64,000 nucleotides of DNA, taken from assembly GCA_918797485.1 (NCBI GenBank), contig CAKKNE010000005.1, positions 1,240,001 to 1,304,000 on the forward strand, given 5' to 3'. Below the pieces are notes generated by a model. It had not been told where the DNA came from. It made no database searches and worked only from the letters and a program-made list of their open reading frames with translations. Origin of the DNA: Pelagomonas calceolata. Lineage: Eukaryota. Within the stretch, counting starts at the first letter, position 1, and every line of letters begins with the position of its first letter. This document shows positions 19,280-29,703 of the stretch, one piece after another. Position numbers and translations under genes: made by a program.

Positions 19280-21046
19280 CTACGCACCCCAGCGCGAGAT
19301 GAGCTCTCCATGATCATCATCAGTCCAGCCCGCGCGCCAGTCGCGCGTCCAGCCGGGGCCCGACCGACGTGGTTGTCGCAAATCCATGAGCTTGCCCGGC
19401 GTGTGGTAATAACTTTCTTCGCCTAAGCCGTGGTAGCCCCGCAGTCGATGGATGAAGGCCGAAAACGTGCTCCAAAAGGCCCCGGCCCACTTCTCCGCTC
19501 GCGAACAGACGATCTGGTCGACCATCCCATAATAATTCGGGTTCAGGTCGCCCAACTCTCGCTTGAAATCTTGCAGCATCACTACCTTCCACCCATACTC
19601 CGTAAACGCATTCCACGACGGGTCATCAGGACAACCCATCTTCTTGTCTCGAGGTATCGGGTAGGTGTGGCAGGGCTTTCTCTCGTAGAGGCAGCCTCGG
19701 CACTCGCCTGTTGGATCATCCGTAGCCAGAAACACCAACGACCCTTTCGGGATATCTATCGGCTTCAAATTTTCAATAATATCTTTCGCGGAAATCTTCG
19801 CGAGGCGATACTGGAAGTCGTTTCTCCTGGCGTGTATTGCATAGAAGGTCGAATTCATGGACCGAATCTTCTGCAATACGCGATGCGCGGCACATTGGAT
19901 CGTATCCTGGTAGCGCATGTAGTCTCGGACAAATCTTTTATAGAACTTGTTCTGTTCCTTGTCCTGGAAGTAGAGGAAGGAGTAGAAGTTTTTGAGTAAT
20001 CTATGACTACCGGTTCCTGGCGAATGGAGGTGCCTCGCACTGTACAGTTCATCTAGCTTGATAACTTTCTGGCCGGGCGGAAAGTTCGTGTTCTTCCATG
20101 ACACGGGAGCATCTCTCCCTTGAGCAGAGAAGGTGGCGAAGCGCGGCCCGACGGGTGGCAGCGTGGCGTCCGACGCCTGAGTCACGGCCTTCCAGATCGA
20201 GCGGCCCTTGGCTGTGATAGGTGCGCCCTTGACCTTGGTAGCTAAAAACTGGTCCATCGTCAGCGTGCGCCAGCCACCATGCGATCCGAGCAGCGTCACG
20301 TTCAGAAAGTCGGCGAAGCCAAAATCGCGCCGCGCGTGGTAGTTGTTCGCGATTAAGTAGAGAGGTTGCGGCGGGGGCAATACTACAGTCCTTCGCAAGA
20401 CATGGCCCAGCACCACGAGACACTCCAGGCCCATGCGGATGTTATTCCAGCCGCCCGCGTCATATTCAAAGGTCAGGTACTTGTCTTGCCTCGGCGGTGG
20501 GAGCGTAGCGGGCGTTTCTAGGGTATTGGACCAGTAGACGACCTCCGATGCCGTCGGCACGTTGTCGCACACGAGCTTGGGCTTTTGACTTTGTGTCTTG
20601 GCGGCCGGTTCCCGCTTCTTGACCTCGTGCCAGACGAGCTGCGGCTTGGGGCGCGCCCCGGCGGCCGGTGGCGCCGCGGCGCGCGCCGGCGGTGGCCTCC
20701 GCGTATGTACTTCCCGCGCGACGGCCTCGCGCGCGGCCGCGACCTCGGCCTCGGCGCGGCGCTCGGCCTCGAGGCGCTCGGCCTCGCGGCGCTCTTGCGC
20801 GGACGGCGCGGCGCCCGTCGGCGGCGGCGAGGCGCGCATCGCCGCCGGTAGCTCGGCGCGTAATTTCCCAAGCAGGCCGGCGCGCGGCGCCACCGGCGGC
20901 GGCTGCGGCTTCGCGCGCAGGTGGTGCGGGCTATGCGTCCCGTCTAGATGCAGCGCTCCTAGCGCGGGCACGCGGTGCTGCACGACCACGACTGTGGCGG
21001 CGAAACCGCACAAAAAGGCTAATACGGCTGGCAGCGAGATGCGCAT
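19280..21046 (-). CDS. GDP-fucose protein O-fucosyltransferase-like type II membrane protein (may extend to 18896 via a 48-bp intron)
   Basis: N-terminal TM anchor, KYLTFEYDAGGWNNIRMGLE, LRRTVVLPP, FYAIHARRNDFQY, VFLATD, GMVDQIVCSRA..GAFWSTFSAFIHRLRGY. Confidence 0.9.
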   Translation of the reverse strand: MRISLPAVLAFLCGFAATVVVVQHRVPALGALHLDGTHSPHHLRAKPQPPPVAPRAGLLGKLRAELPAAMRASPPPTGAAPSAQERREAERLEAERRAEAEVAAAREAVAREVHTRRPPPARAAAPPAAGARPKPQLVWHEVKKREPAAKTQSQKPKLVCDNVPTASEVVYWSNTLETPATLPPPRQDKYLTFEYDAGGWNNIRMGLECLVVLGHVLRRTVVLPPPQPLYLIANNYHARRDFGFADFLNVTLLGSHGGWRTLTMDQFLATKVKGAPITAKGRSIWKAVTQASDATLPPVGPRFATFSAQGRDAPVSWKNTNFPPGQKVIKLDELYSARHLHSPGTGSHRLLKNFYSFLYFQDKEQNKFYKRFVRDYMRYQDTIQCAAHRVLQKIRSMNSTFYAIHARRNDFQYRLAKISAKDIIENLKPIDIPKGSLVFLATDDPTGECRGCLYERKPCHTYPIPRDKKMGCPDDPSWNAFTEYGWKVVMLQDFKRELGDLNPNYYGMVDQIVCSRAEKWAGAFWSTFSAFIHRLRGYHGLGEESYYHTPGKLMDLRQPRRSGPGWTRDWRAGWTDDDHGELISRWGA

Positions 21047-21207
21047 TTTTTTTGGTGGCAGTGTGTAGGCGTGCTTAGGTGTGCCAACGCAGCGCGCAGC
21101 CCAAGCTGCTGTCAGCGAGGGACTGTATACCACTGGCGATAACCAGCACTCGCCAGCACTCGCCTGTAGGCACAAATGCCAGCGTTTTTGTCGGCACAAA
21201 TTATTAG

Positions 21208-21229
21208 CTAGCGGCTTGTAAGACACTAG
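21208..21229 (-). promoter_or_regulatory. Representative copy of the recurrent CTAG-bounded intergenic motif (other copies listed in findings)
   Basis: CTAGCGGCTTGTAAGACACTAG; near-identical copies at 23040, 31901, 61321 and 3128, reverse copies at 5139 and 63064. Confidence 0.65.
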
Positions 21230-21251
21230 CAAATGGATACATATCACAAGC

Positions 21252-22820
21252 TTACTCGAAGACGCGCTCGTACATGACGTCCGTGCGGATGACGTGCTTG
21301 ACGCCCTCGCGCAGCGTCGGCACCGCATGCCTCACGAGGTGGTCGTGGACGAGTGCCATGCCGGTCCGGGGCGCGACGGGGAGCGGGCGGCCCGTCTCGT
21401 CGTAGATGGTCGTGCACGCGCCGCGGTAGCCCTCGTTGAGGTAGAGGAGGACGGTCACGAAGGAGCGCTCGACGCCCACCTCTCGGACGAAGCAACCGTC
21501 CCAGTGGGGGTAGAAGAAGTCGCCCGGTTGCGAGTACTTGAGGAACCGCAGGCGCTCGTTCAGCCCCTTCAGGCGCCAGAGGCCCCCCGACCGCGACCGC
21601 CACGTCGCCGGCAGCCCCGCGCTCAGCCGCGCGAAGATCTGACGCGCTAAATCCGGCGCGTCGACCATGACGCGGTCGCTCTGGCGCTTGTCGCGCTGCA
21701 TGCGCCCGTCCAAATCCGCCCATCGGTATCCGTGTTCCCCCGTTAAGGCGTCCCGGGCCCCCGCAGCGAGCTCGATCAGCCGCGCGGCGTCGGCCGCAGT
21801 GATGACGCTGTCGACGATCTTTGCGTGCAGAGGCTCGTCCACATCGTAGCCGGGGACGTCGCGCGGCAACGGGTCCGCGGGCGCGAGCGCGAAGGCCCGG
21901 ATGGCGGCGGTCGTGTCCGGCAGCGACGGCGCCGCGACGGGCTCGACCATGGGCGCCGGCGTGCGGCCGAGCAGCTCGTCCACAAGGGCCAAATTGGCCG
22001 CGTTGTCGTCCTCGTAGACGTCACAAACGCGGTCGAAGCCTTCTTCCTCGCCAATAGGTTCCGCTTCGCTCCTATGCTTTAGGATGACGCGGGCGAAATC
22101 ACTTTTGAGCGTGCTGTCGTGCTCGCCCTGCGCGGCTCGGGCCTTGGCGCGCTGGATGCACGTAGACGCGTCCGCCGTGAACCGCAACGCGACGACCTCG
22201 ACGTTGCAGCGCTTCGCTATTTCCACCCAGGGCGCGCGCTGCTCCGGATACCCATCACACCGATCGACATACGCACACTTGCCCGCGCGCACGGTCTCCT
22301 CGACGAGCGCGAGACATCTCGATCGTTCTAGGAGGTCCTGGCAGCAGCGGACGACGTCGCGCCCGGCCAGGTACTCCTTGTGGAACCGCGACTTGCCCGC
22401 GCCCGGCAGGCCGACGGCGACGATGACGAGGCCCTTCGTCTCCGGTGCGTTCGACGCGTCGCTCTCGTCGTCCGGCGACGGCGCGGCGTCCTCGAGCGCG
22501 CCGCCCCAGGCGTGGGCCGCGGCGGACTGGCGCTCGTTGCGCGCGATCGAGTCCGTGATCCAGCGCTCGACGACGAGCTGCGCGGTGCCCGCCTTCGCGC
22601 GCACGGTCGCGGGATCCACATTATCCACAACAATCACGACGAAGTCGTTGCCTTCCTTGAGTGATGCTGCTTGAGACGGTTTGAGGAACGAGGTGCCGGC
22701 GCCGATCTTCGCCTCCCAGAGCTTCCGCTGGAACGGATTGGCGCCGATGACGGTGATTTTCGCACCCGCGAAACAGGCCATCGGCGGCGCGGCGGTCTTG
22801 GCTTTCTTCTTGGGGGCCAT
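21252..22820 (-). CDS. BRCT-like + polynucleotide-kinase-like P-loop (AAA_33) + 2OG-Fe(II) oxygenase fusion
   Basis: CFAGAKI..LVVERWITDSI (BRCT); VGLPGAGKS, YVDRCD, CIQRAKAR, EEEGF (PNK-like); LNERLRFLKY, FYPHWDG, TVLLYLN, RHAV, KHVIRTD (2OG). Confidence 0.85.
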   Translation of the reverse strand: MAPKKKAKTAAPPMACFAGAKITVIGANPFQRKLWEAKIGAGTSFLKPSQAASLKEGNDFVVIVVDNVDPATVRAKAGTAQLVVERWITDSIARNERQSAAAHAWGGALEDAAPSPDDESDASNAPETKGLVIVAVGLPGAGKSRFHKEYLAGRDVVRCCQDLLERSRCLALVEETVRAGKCAYVDRCDGYPEQRAPWVEIAKRCNVEVVALRFTADASTCIQRAKARAAQGEHDSTLKSDFARVILKHRSEAEPIGEEEGFDRVCDVYEDDNAANLALVDELLGRTPAPMVEPVAAPSLPDTTAAIRAFALAPADPLPRDVPGYDVDEPLHAKIVDSVITAADAARLIELAAGARDALTGEHGYRWADLDGRMQRDKRQSDRVMVDAPDLARQIFARLSAGLPATWRSRSGGLWRLKGLNERLRFLKYSQPGDFFYPHWDGCFVREVGVERSFVTVLLYLNEGYRGACTTIYDETGRPLPVAPRTGMALVHDHLVRHAVPTLREGVKHVIRTDVMYERVFE

Positions 22821-23149
22821 TCTTGCGAGATCTGGACGCGTCGGCGCCGTGCGCTTGCGGTTTGTACCGTGAGCGCCGGGCGGCAGATCGTCCTATCTGC
22901 TGCGGGTGGGCCGCACAGCTCGAAATTCGTCTCGAATCGCTGTCCCGCAGCCCCAGGTGAGCGCTTGGCGAGCTATGACGTCACAGGAACCCAGTTATGG
23001 CGCCTCCCGAGTCGTTCTCGATTCGACGCCAGACTAATGCTAGCGGTCTGTAAGACACTAGCAAGGCGCGGACGCCATCGCCGCGTTCATGCACTCCGGA
23101 AAGACACGGATATAACAGAGAATAAGCCGTTACTTAACAGAAGAACGAA

Positions 23150-23596
23150 CTAGGTCGCCCCGAGCGAGCCATAGCCCGGGATTCTTTCTATCTTCGCGAA
23201 CTCCCACTCCTTGTTGCATAAAGGGCACACAGACCTTGTCTTCAGCCAGCGCTGGATGCAGTCCAAATGGAAGACGTGGCCGCAGCAGCCGAAGGCGATG
23301 CTCAGGCCGTTCTCGTTGTTGGGGCTCGGGTTCGCCTGGTACTCGATGCTCGGCTCGTTGAGCGAGTTCCTACAGATGGCGCAGGTGTCGGCGCAGATGT
23401 CCCAAGACCACATGCAGACCTGTGTGAATAGGCGTCGATGGGGCGGGTCTTCCGTCCGACGGCGTCGCGAGCGCGCGGCTATTGGTGGACGCTGAGACGA
23501 TACCGCGTTCCACTTCTTGATCTCGAAGCGCGGCGGCGGCGGGTCGTCCTTCTTTTCCTCGGCCGCCGGCCCATCAGAGGTGTCCATGGCAGACAT
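23150..23596 (-). CDS. RBX1: RING-box protein 1; intron 23420-23503
   Basis: RFEIKKWNA|VCMWSWDICADTCAICRN..FGCCGHVFHLDCIQRWLKTRSVCPLCNKEWE after removing an in-frame 84-bp GTATCG..CACACAG intron. Confidence 0.95.
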   Translation of the reverse strand: MSAMDTSDGPAAEEKKDDPPPPRFEIKKWNAVSSQRPPIAARSRRRRTEDPPHRRLFTQVCMWSWDICADTCAICRNSLNEPSIEYQANPSPNNENGLSIAFGCCGHVFHLDCIQRWLKTRSVCPLCNKEWEFAKIERIPGYGSLGAT

Positions 23597-23946
23597 GGGT
23601 CTACCAGAGGTGCGCGCCAAGCTACCAGCGACAGCGCGGTGCGGCGATGCGACGGCCGACAGCGCAGTGCAGCGATGCGACGGCCCAAGCAAGCTTTAGT
23701 GCCAGCGCGGCCTAGCTAGACGCGCGCGCGGCGACCCGGAGTTGGAGGCCTTAAAGCAGCCTAAAGTCTCGTCCAAAAGCATGCATCGCACACTCGCTTC
23801 CAGGCCTCGCAATTGGAGCCGTAGATGGGCTTGTCATGATGAATATTCGAATTTGAAAAACCAACTGAATATCGGGTTTTGCGTGCGTCAAATTTGCGCT
23901 CCGAAGCGAATTACGCGCTAACCGCGGCCTTTGGCAGCCTCAAATC

Positions 23947-24954
23947 ATGGCTTCGTGGCTCACACGCATGCTGCAAGAGACTGGGTTCGAAAGCGAGAGC
24001 CAGGACGGTACCAGTATCGCACACACAGAGTTGCCGAATGCCACTGCAGCGGTGGCAGAGCCCGCCAGACCCGTAGCGGTGGCTGAATTCACGCCCGCAC
24101 CAGTCCACGACCGCCGCCGCCGCCGACGAAGACGCGATGAGCAGGGAACGAGACGCCGCGACGAGACGGGCCGGCGCCGCGACCGCGACCGCCGCCGCCA
24201 GGAAGAGGACGACGCCGCGCTCGCACGGCGCCTCGCGGCCGAGGACGCGCAAGCACCACTGCCTACTGAGGACGCGCAAACGGAGCCGGTCGTGGACGAC
24301 GCCGACCGCGACACCGTCGCCTGCCGCGCCTGCGGTCAAAGGCTCGCGGCCTCGGTGGACGCGATCGAGGCTCATAGCCTCCACTGTGCGGCGGAGACGT
24401 CGGAGGCCTGGGCCCACGCGGCGAGTCGGTGCAGGGACGACCCGGAAGGCTTGGTCGGTGCTGCGGTCGAGGTGCGCGGTCGAGGTAAAGGCGTCGTCGC
24501 CGCGGTCGTCCGCAAGCCCGGCTCGAAGTTAGCGATAAAGCTGGCCAAGGACGCGCCACCGCCCTGGGCGCTCCCGAAATTCGACGTGCGCTTCGCGACG
24601 GGGACCCAACAGTTGGATCTCGCGCGGACGCCCTTCCGCCTCCTCGACGCTACGGAAGCCGAGGCGCTCTCGTCGGCGCGCGCGGACAGGCTTGAGCGCG
24701 AGCTAGTCGAGGCGCGACGCCAAGCTGAACAGCACGCCCGCCAGGCGGCGCGCGCCGAGGCGGCGCTCGCACGCGCGCGCATTAATGAAGACGACGCGCG
24801 CCTCTGCGCTGTGTGCTTGGACGCGCCCAAGGACGCCGCGTTGGTCCCGTGCGGTCACCGTACTTGTAGGTCCTGCGCAAAAACGCTCCGGCGGCGCAAG
24901 CTCCCGTGCCCGAGCTGCCGCCAGCCCATCGACGGGACCATAAAAGTGTACTAG
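23947..24954 (+). CDS. C3HC4 RING-finger protein with C2HC zinc finger and coiled coil
   Basis: CRACG..HSLHC and CAVCLDAPKDAALVPCGHRTCRSCA..CPSCRQPI. Confidence 0.85.
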   Translation: MASWLTRMLQETGFESESQDGTSIAHTELPNATAAVAEPARPVAVAEFTPAPVHDRRRRRRRRDEQGTRRRDETGRRRDRDRRRQEEDDAALARRLAAEDAQAPLPTEDAQTEPVVDDADRDTVACRACGQRLAASVDAIEAHSLHCAAETSEAWAHAASRCRDDPEGLVGAAVEVRGRGKGVVAAVVRKPGSKLAIKLAKDAPPPWALPKFDVRFATGTQQLDLARTPFRLLDATEAEALSSARADRLERELVEARRQAEQHARQAARAEAALARARINEDDARLCAVCLDAPKDAALVPCGHRTCRSCAKTLRRRKLPCPSCRQPIDGTIKVY

Positions 24955-24970
24955 TTTGTGTGGTTTAGTA

Positions 24971-25996
24971 CTACTTACCCGCCGGGAACGCCCGATCATA
25001 TAAAAGCGACACGACGCGCGCCGTCCACTCGAGCTTCGCGACGACTGAATCCTTCTTCTCATCCACATCAGCCAGGTCGCACTCCGCCCTTTCCTCATCC
25101 ACCGCATCTTTCACATCTATCAACCGGTCCCGCACCAAGTTCTGCAATAAAGCCGCCTCGCGCGCGTGGTCGGCCGCCTCGCGCCGTCGATTCATCAACA
25201 GTCGTTGCCTATGATCTAGACCGGCCTCGAGCTTCCGCAGCTCCTTCGTCCGGAGCTCGCGCGCGTCAGTAGCCATCGGGCCGCTCGACTTGATGTCCTC
25301 TTCTTTTTGTGGAAGAGGTGGCCGCGGCTTTGAGAAGTCCCTCAACGCCTGCCTACATTTCGCATTGTCCCGCTGCACGGCGGATAATTGGGAAATGAGG
25401 AACTGCCTATCTGCATCGCCCGCAGACTTCCTCTGTCGAAGATCCTCGTTCTGGGCCTCGAGACCGGCATTCAATTCCTCCAACTCACCACAGACCCCAA
25501 GCGCCCACTGCTTCTCCTTCTGGAAGTGCTCTGCTTTTAATCTCCAAGCTCGATCCCGCTTCTCCCGCGCGTCGCGCATCGTATCTCGCTCAGCACGTGG
25601 TTTGGACAGTCTTTCTCGCTCCGCCGCTTCCACGTCCTTCCGTCGTTCAGCGACGACGCGCCTTCTCCTAGCATCGATCTGGTCCAACGAAGCGAGGAGG
25701 TCGCGATGCTCGTCGGCCACGCTCAACAGAGGGTCCGGATCAACCGGTCGAGCGGGGTCGAGGATGTCGTGCTGGGCCACTACTTCATCTTCCAACCGTC
25801 TGATCTGGGACTGGTAGTCGGCCTCCCGCTCCTCATAGCGCTTTAATCGCCGGTCGTAGTCCGCGCGCAGCCGCTCGAGGTGCTGCCGCGCGGCCTGCTC
25901 CGGCGGGAGCTCGCTCCACTCCTTGCGGAGGGCTTCGGTCTTAGTTCGTAGCCGCGCCCGCTGGGGGTCCTCGGGTCCCCGGCGGGTGGCCAGCAT
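24971..25996 (-). CDS. Coiled-coil protein of unknown function
   Basis: Long E/R/K/L heptad-rich ORF; ATG at 25996 chosen as likely start. Confidence 0.65.
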   Translation of the reverse strand: MLATRRGPEDPQRARLRTKTEALRKEWSELPPEQAARQHLERLRADYDRRLKRYEEREADYQSQIRRLEDEVVAQHDILDPARPVDPDPLLSVADEHRDLLASLDQIDARRRRVVAERRKDVEAAERERLSKPRAERDTMRDAREKRDRAWRLKAEHFQKEKQWALGVCGELEELNAGLEAQNEDLRQRKSAGDADRQFLISQLSAVQRDNAKCRQALRDFSKPRPPLPQKEEDIKSSGPMATDARELRTKELRKLEAGLDHRQRLLMNRRREAADHAREAALLQNLVRDRLIDVKDAVDEERAECDLADVDEKKDSVVAKLEWTARVVSLLYDRAFPAGK

Positions 25997-26391
25997 GGTG
26001 TGCACTCGACGGGAGTGGCGGGGCAGCCCGGCTCGGTCCGCTCGTGTAGCACCGGTGCTGCCTTTGTTTGTTTCACGCGTAATCCAGTCGTGAGAGCGAC
26101 TCCTGGCGCCTCGACGGCGTCCTGCTGCGGCTGCGCGCTGTGCCCAGCCTGGGCTGGCTGCTGGGCTAGTGGGCCCGGGTCCTCGACGCGTACTAAGCTG
26201 CGAGGAGCAGGTCCAGGAGCCCTCGCGGGGCGGCCTGACGCCTTCCCGCGCGAAACACCGGCGCGTCAACCAGTCGAGGCTTACTCTTTTCAGCCTGCTG
26301 GATGTGAGAGAACGACAGCCAATTCAGGCGGCACAGGCCCCCGCGCGCAGGCGCGGCTGCCCCAAAGCGACAACTGACTCAAGGCGCAGCC

Positions 26392-27480
26392 ATGGCGCCA
26401 ACGCAGGCCACCCCGCGCCCCCTGGTTGAATCAAACACTCGAGAGAGGAACAATGATGCATGTTTCGAATCCGGCCCGGCCCCCGAGCGCCGCCGGCCCG
26501 GCGCCGAGCGCGGGCTCGCCGCCGCCGCCGCGCTGGACCACGGCGACCGCGCGAACTACAACCTATGGTACGAGAGCGCGGTGCGCCGCCACGACGCCCC
26601 CAGGCCGATGAAACAAGCCCCACCACCGCCACCGAGGAAGGCCCACCTCCTCGCGTTACCAGCGGAGCTCCAGCGCGAGATCACGGCCTACTACTGCGGG
26701 TTAGAATGCCCTCTACCAGAAGCTCTGGAAAGACAGGCGGCCTACCAGGCGTGGCTCGCGGAACTGGACGACATAAGGCACAACGTGAAGATCGGCGACC
26801 AGGAAGTCATCGTGCGCACGTTGCGACAGTGGGCCGAGAGCGGCGTCGTGTCGATCCACCCGCGGCCGCCGGTGCGCCGGAGCCCGCACCCGGAATTGTG
26901 GCACCGGTCGGCCGAGGAGATCGCCATGTATAGAAGGCAGGCGTTCGGGTCTGTGTGTAAATCAACCAGTGCGTCGCGTGCACCCGACAATTCTTCACTA
27001 AGTCATTTCTCGGCGATGACGCGGCCGTCCTGGCGCGGTCGAGCGGTGAGGAACCGGCATCGTCACGCCATCGAGCAGGCGTCGCGTCGATGGCGTGGAG
27101 GACGACGCGTTGATTCAGCACGAACGCGCCGTAAATTCTGGTTTCCACACAGGTTCGGGTTGTTTCGCTGGCGGCTGCACTACTATCGAACGTGGGAGAA
27201 GGTCGCGAAGGTGTTTAGGAGGGTGACGGAGCAGCTCCGGCGGCTTCTCCGGCCGGCGGAGGAGCCTGCGGCTTCTCCGGCCGCGGAGCCGGCAGAGGAG
27301 CCGACCGAGGAGCCTCCCCAGGAGCCGACGACCGAACCGACCGCGGAAGAGACGGCGGAGCCGACCGAGGAGCCGGCCGAGGAGCCGCGGGTCCTCGGTC
27401 AGCCGCGGCTCCTCGGCCAGCGCGAGTTCGTCCCCTACGACGGGCCGCGTTATGCCCCCTACGACCCCGAGCTGGAGTAA
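26392..27480 (+). CDS. Hypothetical protein with F-box-like motif and EEPT repeats; introner intron 26943-27152
   Basis: HLLALPAELQREI and C-terminal (E)EP(T/A) repeats; the ORF reads through the 210-bp insert. Confidence 0.6.
   Translation: MAPTQATPRPLVESNTRERNNDACFESGPAPERRRPGAERGLAAAAALDHGDRANYNLWYESAVRRHDAPRPMKQAPPPPPRKAHLLALPAELQREITAYYCGLECPLPEALERQAAYQAWLAELDDIRHNVKIGDQEVIVRTLRQWAESGVVSIHPRPPVRRSPHPELWHRSAEEIAMYRRQAFGSVCKSTSASRAPDNSSLSHFSAMTRPSWRGRAVRNRHRHAIEQASRRWRGGRRVDSARTRRKFWFPHRFGLFRWRLHYYRTWEKVAKVFRRVTEQLRRLLRPAEEPAASPAAEPAEEPTEEPPQEPTTEPTAEETAEPTEEPAEEPRVLGQPRLLGQREFVPYDGPRYAPYDPELE
26943..27160 (+). mobile_element. Introner element (longest copy): element 26951-27152, perfect 8-bp TSD
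   Basis: TSD GTTCGGGT at 26943-26950 and 27153-27160; termini CTGTGTGTAAATC / GGTTTCCACACAG; extensive identity with the 17540 copy. Confidence 0.95.
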
Positions 27481-27554
27481 GCTTTGTATGATGATCGTAT
27501 GCCTCGAATGCGCTCGTCGACGGCTTCAAAACACAGTACCACTAAGTTATATAG

Positions 27555-28265
27555 CTAGCGCCCCGCGTTCTGGGCGAAGTAGTCGGGGTGCGTCTTCGCC
27601 GTGATCTCGGGCGCGGCCCAGCCCCGCGCGCGCAGGTCCGCCGCCAGTCTATTGAGACGCTTCTGATTGACGTTAAAGTCGAGGAATCCGACCCGTGAAG
27701 AAGACCGCACGCGCAGGACGTAAGGCGCGTTATCAGAGAGCGCGAGCTCGACGTCATCGATGTAGCCGTTCTTCAGCGACTCGTAGCGGACGAGGAAGTA
27801 GCCGTCCTTGGAGGCTTTGTCGACCTCGAAACCGCCTCCATCTATACCGTTCTGCCCCGGCTGGTAGCCTTTTACGACGGCGTCGACGTCGGATACGAGG
27901 GCCGCCCTATCTTTGCCGCTCGGCGCCTTCCACGGAGCAATGGTCCGCTCGGCTGAGAAGGAGTCGGGCGTCGTCGAGAAGCAGTTCGGTGCGGCGCCAC
28001 ACAACCGCAGCTCCGGCGTCTCCACGTCCGCGCCGTCGGCCTCGCGGTTCTTCAGCCCTAAATTCTGCGGTGCCGGGCCCCGTCGCTTTTTTCTGTCTGC
28101 ATACTTCGCCGCCTCGGGCACGGCGTTGGCGAAGGCCGACGCCGGCGCGTGCGGCAGCACCACCGACGCGACCGCGGCTGACGCGGCATTAATGGCGCGT
28201 CGACGCGTCGCCTGCAGTGCTGCAGTGCTTGAGAGTGTTGCGAGGAGCAATAGGTGACTTCGCAT
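27555..28265 (-). CDS. DUF1499-like protein, probably plastid/thylakoid-targeted
   Basis: Signal peptide plus twin-Arg TRRRA..ASA, LRLCGAAPNCFST, GYIDDVEL, VRSSSRVGFLDFNVNQKRLN. Confidence 0.85.
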   Translation of the reverse strand: MRSHLLLLATLSSTAALQATRRRAINAASAAVASVVLPHAPASAFANAVPEAAKYADRKKRRGPAPQNLGLKNREADGADVETPELRLCGAAPNCFSTTPDSFSAERTIAPWKAPSGKDRAALVSDVDAVVKGYQPGQNGIDGGGFEVDKASKDGYFLVRYESLKNGYIDDVELALSDNAPYVLRVRSSSRVGFLDFNVNQKRLNRLAADLRARGWAAPEITAKTHPDYFAQNAGR

Positions 28266-28544
28266 CTTCACAGCTGGTGCTGACTGTGCTTGCTGCCAGC
28301 AGTGTGCGTGCAATTCGCTGATCAACGCAAGAATATGCAAGAGAGTTGCAACACCGGCGTCGCAGCGGTTCAAACGGATGCTACAACGACGCACTGTGCA
28401 AGGCAACGCGTCAGCGGTGTGTAAACCGCTGACACAGACCTCGAAAAACCCGAACCCGAACCCTACACGACTCCCAAAACGCCACCGCCGCGACGCATGT
28501 AAAGAGAGAGGTGCTTACCCACCAGCACCGAAAACGCCAGCAAC

Positions 28545-29162
28545 CTAGCGGTAGCGGCGCAGCGACAGGTTGTTGCGGCGCTTCCAGGCGCCGCGGCGCG
28601 ACGACCCAATCAAATTGTTGGCGCGGTGGCCCTTCTTGCGCAGGCCCCGCGACTTGCGGCCCGCCGACGTGAGGCCGCGGCACTCGCGGTGCTTGTGCGT
28701 CGCGCCGCAGATCCAGTTGATGCGCGGGTCGTTGCGGATCACCTGGTGCGACGGGTCGACGCAGATGACCTCGTAGTACTTGTACGTCGCGTCCTGGTTG
28801 ACCCAGTAGGAGTTGAGGACCCTCAGGTTCGCGGCCTTCTTGCCGACGCGCTCCTCGGCGACGGCCTGCAGGTTCCGCGCGAACTTGATCTGGTTGATGC
28901 CCTGGTGCTTGGGCTTGCCGTAGACGACGCCGCGGTGCGTCGGGCGCTTGCGCGAGCCGCGGCGCACGGCAGATCTAAAAATGGCGTAGCCCTCCTTGGC
29001 CTTGTACCCCAATTTATGGGCTTTGTCGTGGCGCGTCGGCCGCGTCACCCTGCAGACCTTCGTCTGCTGGCGGTACTCCCACGCCCGGATGCGCATGAGG
29101 TAGCGCAGGACGTCGCACTGCTTCTTCTTCCAGAGCTCCTCGAGGTACTTGTAGGCGCCCAT
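28545..29162 (-). CDS. RPL15: 60S ribosomal protein L15 (eL15)
   Basis: [44 protein letters not shown]. Confidence 0.99.
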   Translation of the reverse strand: MGAYKYLEELWKKKQCDVLRYLMRIRAWEYRQQTKVCRVTRPTRHDKAHKLGYKAKEGYAIFRSAVRRGSRKRPTHRGVVYGKPKHQGINQIKFARNLQAVAEERVGKKAANLRVLNSYWVNQDATYKYYEVICVDPSHQVIRNDPRINWICGATHKHRECRGLTSAGRKSRGLRKKGHRANNLIGSSRRGAWKRRNNLSLRRYR

Positions 29163-29703
29163 GGTGGCGACCTACTTTACAGCCGGCGTGAGCGAGCGGC
29201 GCTTGGCTGCTGCTGCGCTGGCGGCGGCGGTCTCTTGGGCGCTCGCTGAGGCCTCGGGACGTGCGTCGACGTCCTACGGTGCCCGGTAGCAGGCAAATAC
29301 CAGCGACAATCGCAACTTTGTCGAATCGCTGAGCCCGGGTTTTACGGCGAGCCCCGGACCCAGCAAAATCGACGCTCGCGGGCTTCCCGAGCCTCCGGGG
29401 CACGCTTGCGACCGATCGACGCGTGCAAAAAATGCAGATTTAGCGGCGCACAATATTTAGCATTTTTAAGCTCCCGTTGTCTCCGCTATTTTGACCACTC
29501 TACCGCGCGCCCACCGTGTCCTGAGGCGAGCGCAACACGCGCAAGGCGCAGCGCTGCGCTGCACCTTCAGCCCCGCGAAAGCTCCGCCGCGCGGAAGAGC
29601 CGCCGCCCACGCTTTAGCGTTTGGAAGATTATGACAGGGCCGCCGGTTTTGGCGCACTAACGCGTCCCTCCCCCGCGCAGCGCTCGAGAAATCAACGACA
29701 GCC

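Noticed and set aside
28445..28464. Telomere-like AACCCG/AACCCT repeats, and a single CTAACCCT at 9417
   Set aside because: Too short. The first lies in the RPL15 3' region; the second is better explained as a branch point.
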